The notes under the pieces are model-generated. The model was not told the DNA's origin. It saw only the letters and a list, made by a program, of their open reading frames with translations, and ran no database searches. DNA of 35,643 nucleotides from a virus (lineage: Duplodnaviria > Caudoviricetes): positions 1 to 35,643 of the IMG/VR virus record IMGVR_UViG_3300032320_002072; one strand, given 5' to 3'. This document shows, one piece after another, positions 26,882 to 35,611 of this stretch; position 1 is the first letter of the stretch, and each line of letters starts with the position of its first letter. Both the position numbers and the translations under genes were made by a program.

Positions 26882-27079
26882 ATGGCAACAGGTGAAAATA
26901 AAGACGATACTTGGTTTTGGATTTTAAAAATAATTGCATCTTGTAAAGATATACATCACATAAATGCTTGTGAAAGACTTATAGAAAACTATAGAACAAT
27001 GTATAATGATCAACTTCTTACAAGTAAGTTAAATGCTGAATTAGAAGATAAAATACAAGAACTAATAGAACTAAAATAA
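26882..27079 (+). CDS. Hypothetical protein
   Basis: 65-aa ORF in a tightly packed operon. Confidence 0.6.
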   Translation: MATGENKDDTWFWILKIIASCKDIHHINACERLIENYRTMYNDQLLTSKLNAELEDKIQELIELK

Positions 27080-27084
27080 AGATT

Positions 27085-27336
27085 ATGGCCAAAGCAATAC
27101 TTAAATACGATATTTCAGACCCAGAAGACAGTCAGGACTTTAAAAGAGCAGTTAAATCCTTTGATATGGCTATGGCTTTATGGGACATTATTCAATTGAG
27201 AAAGAAAATGGAAAATAGATTTGAAGCTCAAGATAATACCAACAACGATGTATTTGATGGAATAGATGCAATGGCTGAAGGTATAGGAGATATTTTAGAT
27301 CAGCATGGTATAATTGTAGATGAATTATTAAATTAA
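27085..27336 (+). CDS. Hypothetical protein
   Basis: 83-aa ORF in a tightly packed operon. Confidence 0.65.
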   Translation: MAKAILKYDISDPEDSQDFKRAVKSFDMAMALWDIIQLRKKMENRFEAQDNTNNDVFDGIDAMAEGIGDILDQHGIIVDELLN

Positions 27337-27346
27337 TATACTACAA

Positions 27347-27676
27347 ATGGAGGACATAAAAATAATTCACCTAAAAAGCAATGCCCAACAACTGGAGACT
27401 TGGATTGCAATGATAAATGGAGAGATTGTAGGCCATATCTATATGGAGAGAGAAAAGGATCAAAAGATTAAATTCTTAGATGCTTGGGTGCATGAAGAGC
27501 ATAGAAGAAAAGGAATCTTCAGAAAACTATGGGATGCAAGATGGGAATATGTACAGGGTAAGTATGTAGGATGGCTTGTATATGCTTGGTGTAAACCAGC
27601 CTCTTTACCTCTATTATTAGAAAAAGGATTTGATCTAGGAGAGATATGTACTTATGTAGAAAAAATAATAGAATAA
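27347..27676 (+). CDS. GNAT family N-acetyltransferase
   Basis: WVHEEHRRKGIFRKL acetyl-CoA-binding motif; LLEKGF. Confidence 0.8.
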   Translation: MEDIKIIHLKSNAQQLETWIAMINGEIVGHIYMEREKDQKIKFLDAWVHEEHRRKGIFRKLWDARWEYVQGKYVGWLVYAWCKPASLPLLLEKGFDLGEICTYVEKIIE

Positions 27677-27688
27677 TAAAAAACAGTT

Positions 27689-28027
27689 ATGAATTTTGTA
27701 CTAGGATTACTTTATGGCCTAATGGCACAAATACTTACCTTTTTTCAATTGCAAGGTCAGTTTAAATACGAATGGGCAAAAGAAAATCCATTTTATATGT
27801 CTTTACTAGGCATTCCTTTATCTCTACTTTATATACAATCAGTAAAATATTTAGTAGTCCATTTTGATGGACAATTATGGCCTTCACGTCTATTGGGATT
27901 TGCAATAGGGGCAATTGTATTTACAGGAATGTCATGGGCTTGGTTTAGAGAGCCTTTATCTTTAAAAACTTTAATTTGTCTAGGACTAGCAGTTTGTATA
28001 ATGTTAATTCAATTATTTTGGAAATGA
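27689..28027 (+). CDS. 4-TM small membrane protein, SMR/DMT-like
   Basis: 112 aa, four hydrophobic segments; FREPLSLKTLICLGL resembles SMR/DMT C-termini. Confidence 0.6.
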   Translation: MNFVLGLLYGLMAQILTFFQLQGQFKYEWAKENPFYMSLLGIPLSLLYIQSVKYLVVHFDGQLWPSRLLGFAIGAIVFTGMSWAWFREPLSLKTLICLGLAVCIMLIQLFWK

Positions 28028-28326
28028 AAAAACTAGAAACATGTCATCACTGCGGTGAAGAAAAACAAGATTGTTATCACGGATTTATTTCCATGACTTT
28101 ACCAATCCCTGAGGCAGAAGCTCAAATTGATAAGTGGGGAAGAGGTACTTGGTTTGAAAATTTAGAAAGAACAGATCTTACTGAAGATGAAATGAAAGAG
28201 CTTGATAGCCTTTCGTACTACGATCAACTACTAAACACAGTTGGAAGAGGAGTTCAATGTGATGACTGTGCTCTAAAAGAAGCAGAGCTATATGAAAAAT
28301 ACTATCCAAAAAGTTTGGAATCTTAA
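28024..28326 (+). CDS. Hypothetical protein with two CxxC pairs (Zn-binding candidate)
   Basis: CHHC ... CDDC; ATGA overlap start at 28024. Confidence 0.6.
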   Translation: MKKLETCHHCGEEKQDCYHGFISMTLPIPEAEAQIDKWGRGTWFENLERTDLTEDEMKELDSLSYYDQLLNTVGRGVQCDDCALKEAELYEKYYPKSLES

Positions 28327-28345
28327 AATATTTTACGTATATTAA
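28314..28345 (+). promoter_or_regulatory. -33/-7 promoter
   Basis: TTTG(28314)-N20-TATATTAA(28338). Confidence 0.6.
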
Positions 28346-28382
28346 TTTTATGAGACAATTAAATAATCATATCAAATCAGTT

Positions 28383-28562
28383 ATGGAAAAAGAAAATAAA
28401 GAAGTAAAACAACCTGATGCTAAAAAGCATTTAGAATTATCAATAGCCAAATCCTTAATTAGAATATTAGCTTGTGGAGCAGGTATTTTTGGGATGTACG
28501 ATGTAGCCTTTATAGGTTTGCTTTTAGCAGAGATAGTAGGAATCAAAGAAGAACTAGTATAA
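28383..28562 (+). CDS. Small membrane protein
   Basis: KSLIRILACGAG...LLLAEIVGIKEELV; GTTATG start at 28383. Confidence 0.6.
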   Translation: MEKENKEVKQPDAKKHLELSIAKSLIRILACGAGIFGMYDVAFIGLLLAEIVGIKEELV

Positions 28563-28654
28563 TGAAAAAAGATTACACTAAAGCAATTCTTTGGACTAGC
28601 ATGATAGCAATTACTATAGCAATTTGGACAATAATTTACAACTTAATATTTTAA
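28562..28654 (+). CDS. 30-aa membrane peptide
   Basis: MKKDYTKAILWTSMIAITIAIWTIIYNLIF; TAATG overlap with the previous gene. Confidence 0.5.
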   Translation: MKKDYTKAILWTSMIAITIAIWTIIYNLIF

Positions 28655-28655
28655 T

Positions 28656-29117
28656 ATGAAATTTCAATCAACAAAAATATTTGATGGATACTCTACAGTA
28701 TTTCGTCAATGGAGAGCAAAAGATACTCATTGCAGTTTTCTTCATGGTTACGGTATTTCTTTCAAAATTATCTTTGAAGGAGAACTAGATGAAAGAAACT
28801 GGGTATGGGACTTTGGAGGAATGAAAAGAGCTAAGAATAAGATTGATGGTATGAATCCTAAAGCATGGATGGATCATATGTTCGACCATACTTATATCAT
28901 TGCAAAAGATGATCCATTCTTACCAAAAGCATTAGAGATGCACAACGAAGAAATAATCCAACTAAGAATAGTTCCTGCTACAGGAGCAGAACAGTTTGCA
29001 AAATACATTTACGATAAAGTATCTGAATTTATTAAAATAGAAACAGAAGGAAGAGTGAGAGTGGTAAGTGTAGAATTTAAAGAACATAATAAGAATTCAG
29101 CTATATATGGAGAATAA
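28656..29117 (+). CDS. queD: 6-carboxy-5,6,7,8-tetrahydropterin synthase
   Basis: HCSFLHGY, WVWDFG, FDH and TGAE motifs; adjacent to queE. Confidence 0.88.
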   Translation: MKFQSTKIFDGYSTVFRQWRAKDTHCSFLHGYGISFKIIFEGELDERNWVWDFGGMKRAKNKIDGMNPKAWMDHMFDHTYIIAKDDPFLPKALEMHNEEIIQLRIVPATGAEQFAKYIYDKVSEFIKIETEGRVRVVSVEFKEHNKNSAIYGE

Positions 29118-29892
29118 ATTAAAAAGAATTGAAAATTATAACAAAACACTACCAATTGTAGAGCTATACACAGCAGTACAATCAGAAGGAAGTAGAGCAG
29201 GTTATCCAACCGTAGTAGTAAGAACAACAGGATGTACACACCGTTGTTGGTTCGGTGAAGGAGGTTGGTGCGATTCTTGGTACACTTCTATACATCCTGA
29301 AAAAGGACATATCAGTTTCCAAGACATCATAAACATGTATGATGCAAATCCTCACATCACAGAGATGATGTTAACAGGAGGATCACCTACAATGCACCCA
29401 GCATTAGTAAATGAATTAACACATTTTGCACATGATAGAGGAATATTTATTACTATTGAAACCGAAGGGAGTCACTTTTTGGAGACTGATTACCCTATTA
29501 ACTTACTTAGCATTAGTCCTAAATTTAGTAATTCTGTTCCTAAAGTTGGTATATCGACGCCTCAAGGGGACATCGTTGATGAGAAAATGGTTAAGCAACA
29601 TAACAAATTAAGACTTAATTTTGATGCAATATCTAAATCAATTGCTTATCATTCTGATTACCATTTAAAACCAGTATGGGATGGAGAAGACGAAGATACA
29701 TTAGCAGAAATTTTAGGATTAATTAAAGTGCTTGATATACCTCAAGACAAAGTCTGGTTCATGCCATCAGGAGATTCAAGAGAAGCTTTATTTAAATCAT
29801 ATCCTAAAATGTTTGATTGGGTAAGAGATAATGGATATAGATTGACCTGGAGACCACACATCATTGCATTTGAAGATAAAAGAGAAGTATAA
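29107..29892 (+). CDS. queE: 7-carboxy-7-deazaguanine synthase (radical SAM)
   Basis: VQSEG..AG.P.V.VR..GC...C...WCDS, LTGGSP, IETEG and SISPK motifs. Confidence 0.9.
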   Translation: MENKLKRIENYNKTLPIVELYTAVQSEGSRAGYPTVVVRTTGCTHRCWFGEGGWCDSWYTSIHPEKGHISFQDIINMYDANPHITEMMLTGGSPTMHPALVNELTHFAHDRGIFITIETEGSHFLETDYPINLLSISPKFSNSVPKVGISTPQGDIVDEKMVKQHNKLRLNFDAISKSIAYHSDYHLKPVWDGEDEDTLAEILGLIKVLDIPQDKVWFMPSGDSREALFKSYPKMFDWVRDNGYRLTWRPHIIAFEDKREV

Positions 29893-30107
29893 TGAGATTA
29901 AAAGAAGCATATTTAATAGAATTTGATTTACTAAACACTGTATGGTGGTTATGGTGTAATCAAAAAATTAGTATAGGTGATATAAAATTTTATGTAGAGG
30001 ATTTGGATCTCGAATTAGATTTTATTACATTAGACGGATATAAATTTACAAGCAAAGATAAAAAAACAACTTATTCTTATGACAGAAAACAGAAAAAAGA
30101 TTCATAA
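29892..30107 (+). CDS. Hypothetical protein
   Basis: 71-aa ORF with a TAATG overlap with queE. Confidence 0.5.
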   Translation: MRLKEAYLIEFDLLNTVWWLWCNQKISIGDIKFYVEDLDLELDFITLDGYKFTSKDKKTTYSYDRKQKKDS

Positions 30108-30774
30108 CGATTTAGAAATCGTTCCTGTAGGTTATGCAAACGGTGTTGCACCAGGTTTTCCATTTACCGAAAAAGAAAAACAATCTATGATTGAAGATGC
30201 TGCCGAAGCCTATGGTCAATTTTTAGATGCATTAGGTTGCGATTGGAGAAATGACCCAAATTCAGCTGATACTCCAAGACGTGTAGCTAAAGCTTATGTA
30301 AATGATTTATGGAAAGGTAGATATACTCCAATGTCTGAAATTACTTCATTCCCTTCTGATGGTTATGATGGTATTGTAATTGAAAGAAACATTCCGTTAA
30401 CTTCAATGTGTTCACATCACCACCAAACAATTGGAGGAGTAGTTCACGTTGGTTATGTAGTAGGTGAAAATGGTAGAGTAATTGGTTTATCTAAATTAAA
30501 TCGAATTGTAGAACACTTTGGAAGAAGAGGTGCTATCCAAGAACAATTAACTTCAGCTATTCATCAAGCAGTAGATAAAATTTGTGAGAATAATAGAGGT
30601 GTAATTGTTTCTATTGTTGGTACTCACAACTGTGTATCTTGCAGAGGTGTAAAACATCAAGGTGCTTCAATGGTTACTACTAAAGCATCAGGTGTATTTA
30701 TGGAAAATGGAAATTTAGCTCGTGAAGAATTCTTTGATTCAATTAAAATTAATAACGGAACACACCCAGTATAA
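30079..30774 (+). CDS. folE: GTP cyclohydrolase I
   Basis: DTPRRVAK, SMCSHH, IGLSKLNR, IQEQLT and HNCVSCRGV motifs. Confidence 0.95.
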   Translation: MTENRKKIHNDLEIVPVGYANGVAPGFPFTEKEKQSMIEDAAEAYGQFLDALGCDWRNDPNSADTPRRVAKAYVNDLWKGRYTPMSEITSFPSDGYDGIVIERNIPLTSMCSHHHQTIGGVVHVGYVVGENGRVIGLSKLNRIVEHFGRRGAIQEQLTSAIHQAVDKICENNRGVIVSIVGTHNCVSCRGVKHQGASMVTTKASGVFMENGNLAREEFFDSIKINNGTHPV

Positions 30775-31178
30775 TGGCTTTAAGAATAAATAATAAAATT
30801 TATTTAGGTTGGGATGATATTAATGATTTAGTTAATATTTTATGTGAAAAAATTATCACAGAACAACCTAATATTGATTCAGTATTTGGACTAAAACGCG
30901 GTGGGCTTATACCTGCCGTGTTAGTATCACATAAATTAGGTTTACCGTGGTCTGACGTGATGTTACCTAATACTTTGGTAATAGATGATATTTGTGATAC
31001 TGGAGTAACATTAAAAAACACAGTTGGTATTTATACAGCAGTATTGCATTATAAACCCCATACTTCTTGTTATAAACCAAATATTTATGCTCACGAGCAT
31101 AAAGGAGATGAATGGATTATATATCCTTGGGAGAAGAAAGACTCAGAACCTATACAAGATTATTTAAACAAAAAATAG
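30774..31178 (+). CDS. Type I phosphoribosyltransferase (purine PRT-like)
   Basis: RGGLIPA; PRPP-binding LVIDDICDTGVT; WIIYPWE. Confidence 0.88.
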   Translation: MALRINNKIYLGWDDINDLVNILCEKIITEQPNIDSVFGLKRGGLIPAVLVSHKLGLPWSDVMLPNTLVIDDICDTGVTLKNTVGIYTAVLHYKPHTSCYKPNIYAHEHKGDEWIIYPWEKKDSEPIQDYLNKK

Positions 31179-31181
31179 AAC

Positions 31182-31376
31182 ATGACATCAGCAGAACAAT
31201 TAATCCAATTTTCAGAAATCATTTCAAATTTAGGAAAAGACATTTCAAATATAGAAGAATCTAAAAAAACAGCATCTTCTAAAGAATTACCTGAATTAGA
31301 ACAAACCCTACAACATCTTGAAAATACTTTACAAGAATTAAAGTCTCAACTCCAAAACCTTGTTTCTGAAAAATAA
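31182..31376 (+). CDS. Small coiled-coil protein
   Basis: 64 aa with heptad leucines. Confidence 0.55.
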   Translation: MTSAEQLIQFSEIISNLGKDISNIEESKKTASSKELPELEQTLQHLENTLQELKSQLQNLVSEK

Positions 31377-31766
31377 ATGATAGAAGATTTCGATCCAAAT
31401 GCTCCTTCAAGAGGATTAGGTGATACAATTGCAAAAATCACTTATGCAACTGGTATATCTAAGGCTGTAGAAGTTATAACTGAAGCTTTGGGTATAGAAG
31501 ATTGTGGTTGTAATGGTAGACAAGAATGGTTAAATGGAGCTGTACCATATAATGTAGAAGCTAATTCACCTCAAATTTATGATCGTTCTGCAGCAACACC
31601 TGCTGAAGAAGGTATTTATGAAGTCTTACATGAAATTCATGCTTCAAAAGCAGGTCAAAAAATTGATTACAAAATAGGCGAAAAAATTTTGATAAACGAA
31701 AATCATTTATTATATTCGGATTGGCCTTATTACCTAATAATAGGAGCAGTTAAAAAAATAAACTAA
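31377..31766 (+). CDS. Hypothetical protein
   Basis: SRGLGDTIAKIT...DCGC..RQEWLN motif. Confidence 0.65.
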   Translation: MIEDFDPNAPSRGLGDTIAKITYATGISKAVEVITEALGIEDCGCNGRQEWLNGAVPYNVEANSPQIYDRSAATPAEEGIYEVLHEIHASKAGQKIDYKIGEKILINENHLLYSDWPYYLIIGAVKKIN

Positions 31767-31776
31767 AAACAAAGTT

Positions 31777-32301
31777 ATGATTATAAATCCAAAAGTACCT
31801 TTTATTGACGAGGTAGAAGAATTTAACGCCGTAATGGGCAAACCTAACAATTATGAAGCAAACATCCCCGAAAGAAAAGAATGGGAATTTGTATACAATT
31901 TCATCCTTGAAGAACTTGAAGAATATAAAGAGGCTTGCGAGAAAGGAGACATCGTTGAGGTTCTGGATGCTTTGTGTGATATTACTTATGTTGCCACTGG
32001 GAACGGTACTATGCTACATGGCCTTAAGGATAAGATATGGCCGGCATATCAAGAGGTACAAGCTTCAAATTTATCTAAAGCTTGTGGAACTGAAGACGAA
32101 GCTAAAGCAACTGTCATTCAAAGATCGGGTGAACAAGGTGAAGAATGTCATTACGAAAAAGTTGGAGACTATTTTATCGTATATAGATCAAGAGACAGAA
32201 AAGTAATGAAGAATGTAAATTACTTCAAACCAAACTTAAAACAATTCTTTACAGATAAAGAAATCCAGAAATCATACTTAAAACAAATAACAGGAAATTA
32301 A
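31777..32301 (+). CDS. MazG-like/all-alpha NTP pyrophosphohydrolase
   Basis: ILEELEEY...EVLDALCDITYV..G...EVQASNLSK. Confidence 0.85.
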   Translation: MIINPKVPFIDEVEEFNAVMGKPNNYEANIPERKEWEFVYNFILEELEEYKEACEKGDIVEVLDALCDITYVATGNGTMLHGLKDKIWPAYQEVQASNLSKACGTEDEAKATVIQRSGEQGEECHYEKVGDYFIVYRSRDRKVMKNVNYFKPNLKQFFTDKEIQKSYLKQITGN

Positions 32302-32318
32302 TTTAAAAACCAAAAAAC

Positions 32319-32660
32319 ATGATAACAGCAGTATTAATTTTAGCAGCAGCACTAATAGTTGCAGCCTACCTAACCTACACCTTTCACAAAAAAGATGATG
32401 ATCTTCCATTTACTACTCCAACATACACTAAAGAGGAATTGGAAAATATCAAACTTGCAGAGGAATTGTATAACAAGGATCTAAGACCAGTAGTTGCTAA
32501 GAAAGCTAAGACAAAACCAGCATCAGAACTTGAAGTAATTGAACCAGAGTTTGTAGAAAAAGTATTTTCAGGTGATTCAGTTCTTAATCAAGAAGAAGTA
32601 GTAGAAACACCAAAACCTGCTAAGAAAAAAAGAAAATATTATCCTAAAAAGAAAAAATAA
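32319..32660 (+). CDS. Membrane-anchored protein with a Lys-rich tail
   Basis: N-terminal TM segment; C-terminus KKKRKYYPKKKK. Confidence 0.65.
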   Translation: MITAVLILAAALIVAAYLTYTFHKKDDDLPFTTPTYTKEELENIKLAEELYNKDLRPVVAKKAKTKPASELEVIEPEFVEKVFSGDSVLNQEEVVETPKPAKKKRKYYPKKKK

Positions 32661-32679
32661 TATTAAATAAAGGTTATAA

Positions 32680-34410
32680 ATGAGTTATAAAAACATAGTT
32701 ACTACTTCATTAGGTAAAAATAGATACAATGTTACCTTATGGACCGATGATGGAGTAGAACAACATGAATTCCAAAATTATGCTTATGAAGTGTGTAGCC
32801 AAAACCAGGCTACACATTTTGGTCTAAACGGAGAACCTTTAAAGAAAACTACATATTGGGAAGGAAGTAATCCATTTATTCATTATCATGATATGCCTAT
32901 TCATCAAAAATTTCTAATTGATAAGTATGGTATAAATGATGAACCTTCTACTACCCACCAAGAAATATTTTTTGATATTGAGATTGAAATGGGTGGTGCA
33001 CTTACACCTGAATATATTAGAAAAGCACCTAAACCAGTTACCTCAATTGCTTGGTGGCACAAACAAGAAGATAAGTGGTACATCTTAATTTTAGACAAAG
33101 ATAATAAAATTGAAAAAACTACTGTAGGAAATAAACATATTATTCCTGTACCTAATGAAAGAGAACTATTAAATAAATGGTTAAATTATTTAACTAAAGT
33201 TAGTCCTGATATTTTAATTGGTTATAATAGTGATTATTTCGATATACCTTACCTTTATTATAGAATTTTAAATCAATTAGGTGAACGTAGAGCTAATAAT
33301 TTATCTCCAATAGGTAAAGTTAAAGAACAAAAATTCACCAATGAATCAGGAATGACTTTTTGGAATGAAGATCAACCTGTAAGAATTGAAGGTGTATATT
33401 CTTTAGATTATCTTCGTTTACATAAAAAATATTCGTTTGCAGATGAACCCTCTTATAAGTTAGATGCATTAGGAGAAAGATACTGTAAATTATCTAAAAT
33501 TGAATATGAAGGTAGCTTAGACAGATTATTTGAAACTGATAAAGAAAAATTTATTGAGTATAACTTTCGAGATGTTGAAATCTTAAAAGCATTAGACAAC
33601 AAATTTAATTATATTAGTTTAACTAAAAATCTAGCACATAAAGGTAAAATTCACTATGATGATGTTTACCAATCATCTAAAATTCATGATGGTGCTATTT
33701 CAGCCTTCTTATTATCAGAGGGTATAATTCCACCATCTAGAGATAGAAATCCTATTAAAAAGGCTAACTATGCAGGTGGTTATTTATTTTGTCCTAAAGC
33801 TGGTTTATACCGTTACATGTTTGATGAGGATTTAACTTCACTATATCCTTCAATTATTATGTCTCTTAATATTGGTAAAGAAACATTAGTAGGTAGAATT
33901 ATTGATTTTAATGATAGAAATAATCGTTTAGGTTTAATTGATTTAATCAATGATACTGAAGATAAACCTCGTACTACTGAATGGTTTACTAATAAAGATA
34001 AATTTAATAAAATTGATTGGACTTCTTCTAAAATAGTTAAACTACTTCAGCAATATAATTTGGCTATCTCAGCAAATGGTGTTATATTCCGTACGGATAA
34101 AGAGTCCGTATTATCAATTATCTTAAATAAATGGTTTGATGAAAGGGTTTTATATAAAGGTAAAATGAAAAAAGCTTATAAAGCAGGTGATACTGTAGGA
34201 GGTGAAAAATATCATTTATTACAATACACAATGAAAATCTTACTTAATTCACTTTATGGTGCTACAGCATTACCTACATTTAGATATGGAAATGTAATAT
34301 TATCAGAAGCAATTACATTAAGTGGTCAACGTATTATCCAAGAATCAGCACTTTGTGCTAACCGACATATGAACAAAGTAATTAGAGGTGAAATTAAATT
34401 AGAAATATAA
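32680..34410 (+). CDS. Family B DNA polymerase, N-terminal part (exonuclease plus motifs A and B)
   Basis: FFDIE, GYNSDYFDIPY, YNFRD, DLTSLYPSII, KILLNSLYG. Confidence 0.93.
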   Translation: MSYKNIVTTSLGKNRYNVTLWTDDGVEQHEFQNYAYEVCSQNQATHFGLNGEPLKKTTYWEGSNPFIHYHDMPIHQKFLIDKYGINDEPSTTHQEIFFDIEIEMGGALTPEYIRKAPKPVTSIAWWHKQEDKWYILILDKDNKIEKTTVGNKHIIPVPNERELLNKWLNYLTKVSPDILIGYNSDYFDIPYLYYRILNQLGERRANNLSPIGKVKEQKFTNESGMTFWNEDQPVRIEGVYSLDYLRLHKKYSFADEPSYKLDALGERYCKLSKIEYEGSLDRLFETDKEKFIEYNFRDVEILKALDNKFNYISLTKNLAHKGKIHYDDVYQSSKIHDGAISAFLLSEGIIPPSRDRNPIKKANYAGGYLFCPKAGLYRYMFDEDLTSLYPSIIMSLNIGKETLVGRIIDFNDRNNRLGLIDLINDTEDKPRTTEWFTNKDKFNKIDWTSSKIVKLLQQYNLAISANGVIFRTDKESVLSIILNKWFDERVLYKGKMKKAYKAGDTVGGEKYHLLQYTMKILLNSLYGATALPTFRYGNVILSEAITLSGQRIIQESALCANRHMNKVIRGEIKLEI

Positions 34411-34673
34411 TGGCATTAAAAGGACAATCAATTAGAAATGGAGTTACCATTTATGTTAATGGTACTAAAGCTGAAAAACAATTAGTTATTGAGTTATCTG
34501 AAAGTTGGGAAGCTTCACAAGAAAAATTCTTTAAGAAAATGTTACAACAAGGAGGTAAATGTAAAATTAATGGAAACTCATTTGAAATTATTCTTAAAGA
34601 AAGATCTGATATAGACTCAAAAGGTAATAGACCAGTTAATTTACCACCAGTACCAGGAGAAAGAACATTTTAA
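34410..34673 (+). CDS. 87-aa hypothetical protein inserted between the polymerase halves
   Basis: TAATG overlap upstream and a 1-nt gap downstream. Confidence 0.65.
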   Translation: MALKGQSIRNGVTIYVNGTKAEKQLVIELSESWEASQEKFFKKMLQQGGKCKINGNSFEIILKERSDIDSKGNRPVNLPPVPGERTF

Positions 34674-34674
34674 T

Positions 34675-35610
34675 ATGAAGCATTTAGAAGATACTCCATG
34701 GTGGATATGTGATGAAGGTGATTTTAACTTTTGCGCCTATGTGGATACAGACTCTAATTACTTTAATGCTGAACCACTTTTAAAATACCTATACCCTGAT
34801 TTTGATGAAAAATCTGATCAGGAAAAAGATGATTTATTAGAGAAAGTAGCTCTTAAGTATCAAGACATTATAACAGAACATTATAATACACTTGCTAGGG
34901 AAGCCTTTAATATTAATACACACCGTCTAGAAATGAAAACTGAGTGTGTTATTCGTTCTGCTTATTTTAGAGCTACAAGACGTTATGCTCAATGGATTAC
35001 TAAAAAAGAGGGTATATCAAAGGAAGAACTTGATATTAAAGGATTAGAGTTTAAAAAAGCTAATTTTCCTAAATACTTTGGTAAGTTTTATCAAGAAATT
35101 CTTGAATTAATTATTAAAGGTACTCCACAAAATATTGTAGATAAAAAAATTCATGAATTTAGACAAGAAGCAACTTCATCTGATGTTGATTTTACTTTAA
35201 TTGGTAATCCAACCTCAGTTAAAACATTAAATGAATATGTTGCATCACATCCTAAACCTGGTAAGATATTATCTGAAATAAAGCCTGGAGCAGGTGCATC
35301 TGTTAAAGCATCTATTAAACACAATGATTTATTAAGATTTTGGCAGTTAGATTCTAAACATAGTCAAATTGTACAAGGCGACAAAGTAAAATGGGTTTAT
35401 CTAAAAAACAATCCTTATAATATAGAAGCAATTGCTTTTTTAGAATTTGATCTTTCAGACAAAATTAGAGATTTTATCAATGAGTACATTGATAGAGGTA
35501 AAAGTTTTGAAACTATATTACAAAATAAATTACAAGGTTTCTATGATGACTTAGAATGGTCATTACCACCTGCAAACCCATTAATACATAAATTCTTTAC
35601 ATTCTCATAA
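34675..35610 (+). CDS. Family B DNA polymerase, C-terminal part (motif C and thumb)
   Basis: YVDTDS, RRYA and IKGLE motifs. Confidence 0.92.
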   Translation: MKHLEDTPWWICDEGDFNFCAYVDTDSNYFNAEPLLKYLYPDFDEKSDQEKDDLLEKVALKYQDIITEHYNTLAREAFNINTHRLEMKTECVIRSAYFRATRRYAQWITKKEGISKEELDIKGLEFKKANFPKYFGKFYQEILELIIKGTPQNIVDKKIHEFRQEATSSDVDFTLIGNPTSVKTLNEYVASHPKPGKILSEIKPGAGASVKASIKHNDLLRFWQLDSKHSQIVQGDKVKWVYLKNNPYNIEAIAFLEFDLSDKIRDFINEYIDRGKSFETILQNKLQGFYDDLEWSLPPANPLIHKFFTFS

Positions 35611-35611
35611 A

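Noticed and set aside
174-33098. Minus-strand and nested alternative-frame ORFs in the track (e.g. 174-533, 4244-4522, 21704-21907, 23528-23752, 25718-25903, 31853-32206)
   Set aside because: They are shadows of well-supported + strand genes or of the structured RNA, with no motifs or start contexts of their own.
34410-34673. Split intein or homing endonuclease in the polymerase gene
   Set aside because: No Cys/Ser-starting intein N-block, no terminal His-Asn, and no LAGLIDADG, HNH or GIY-YIG motif.
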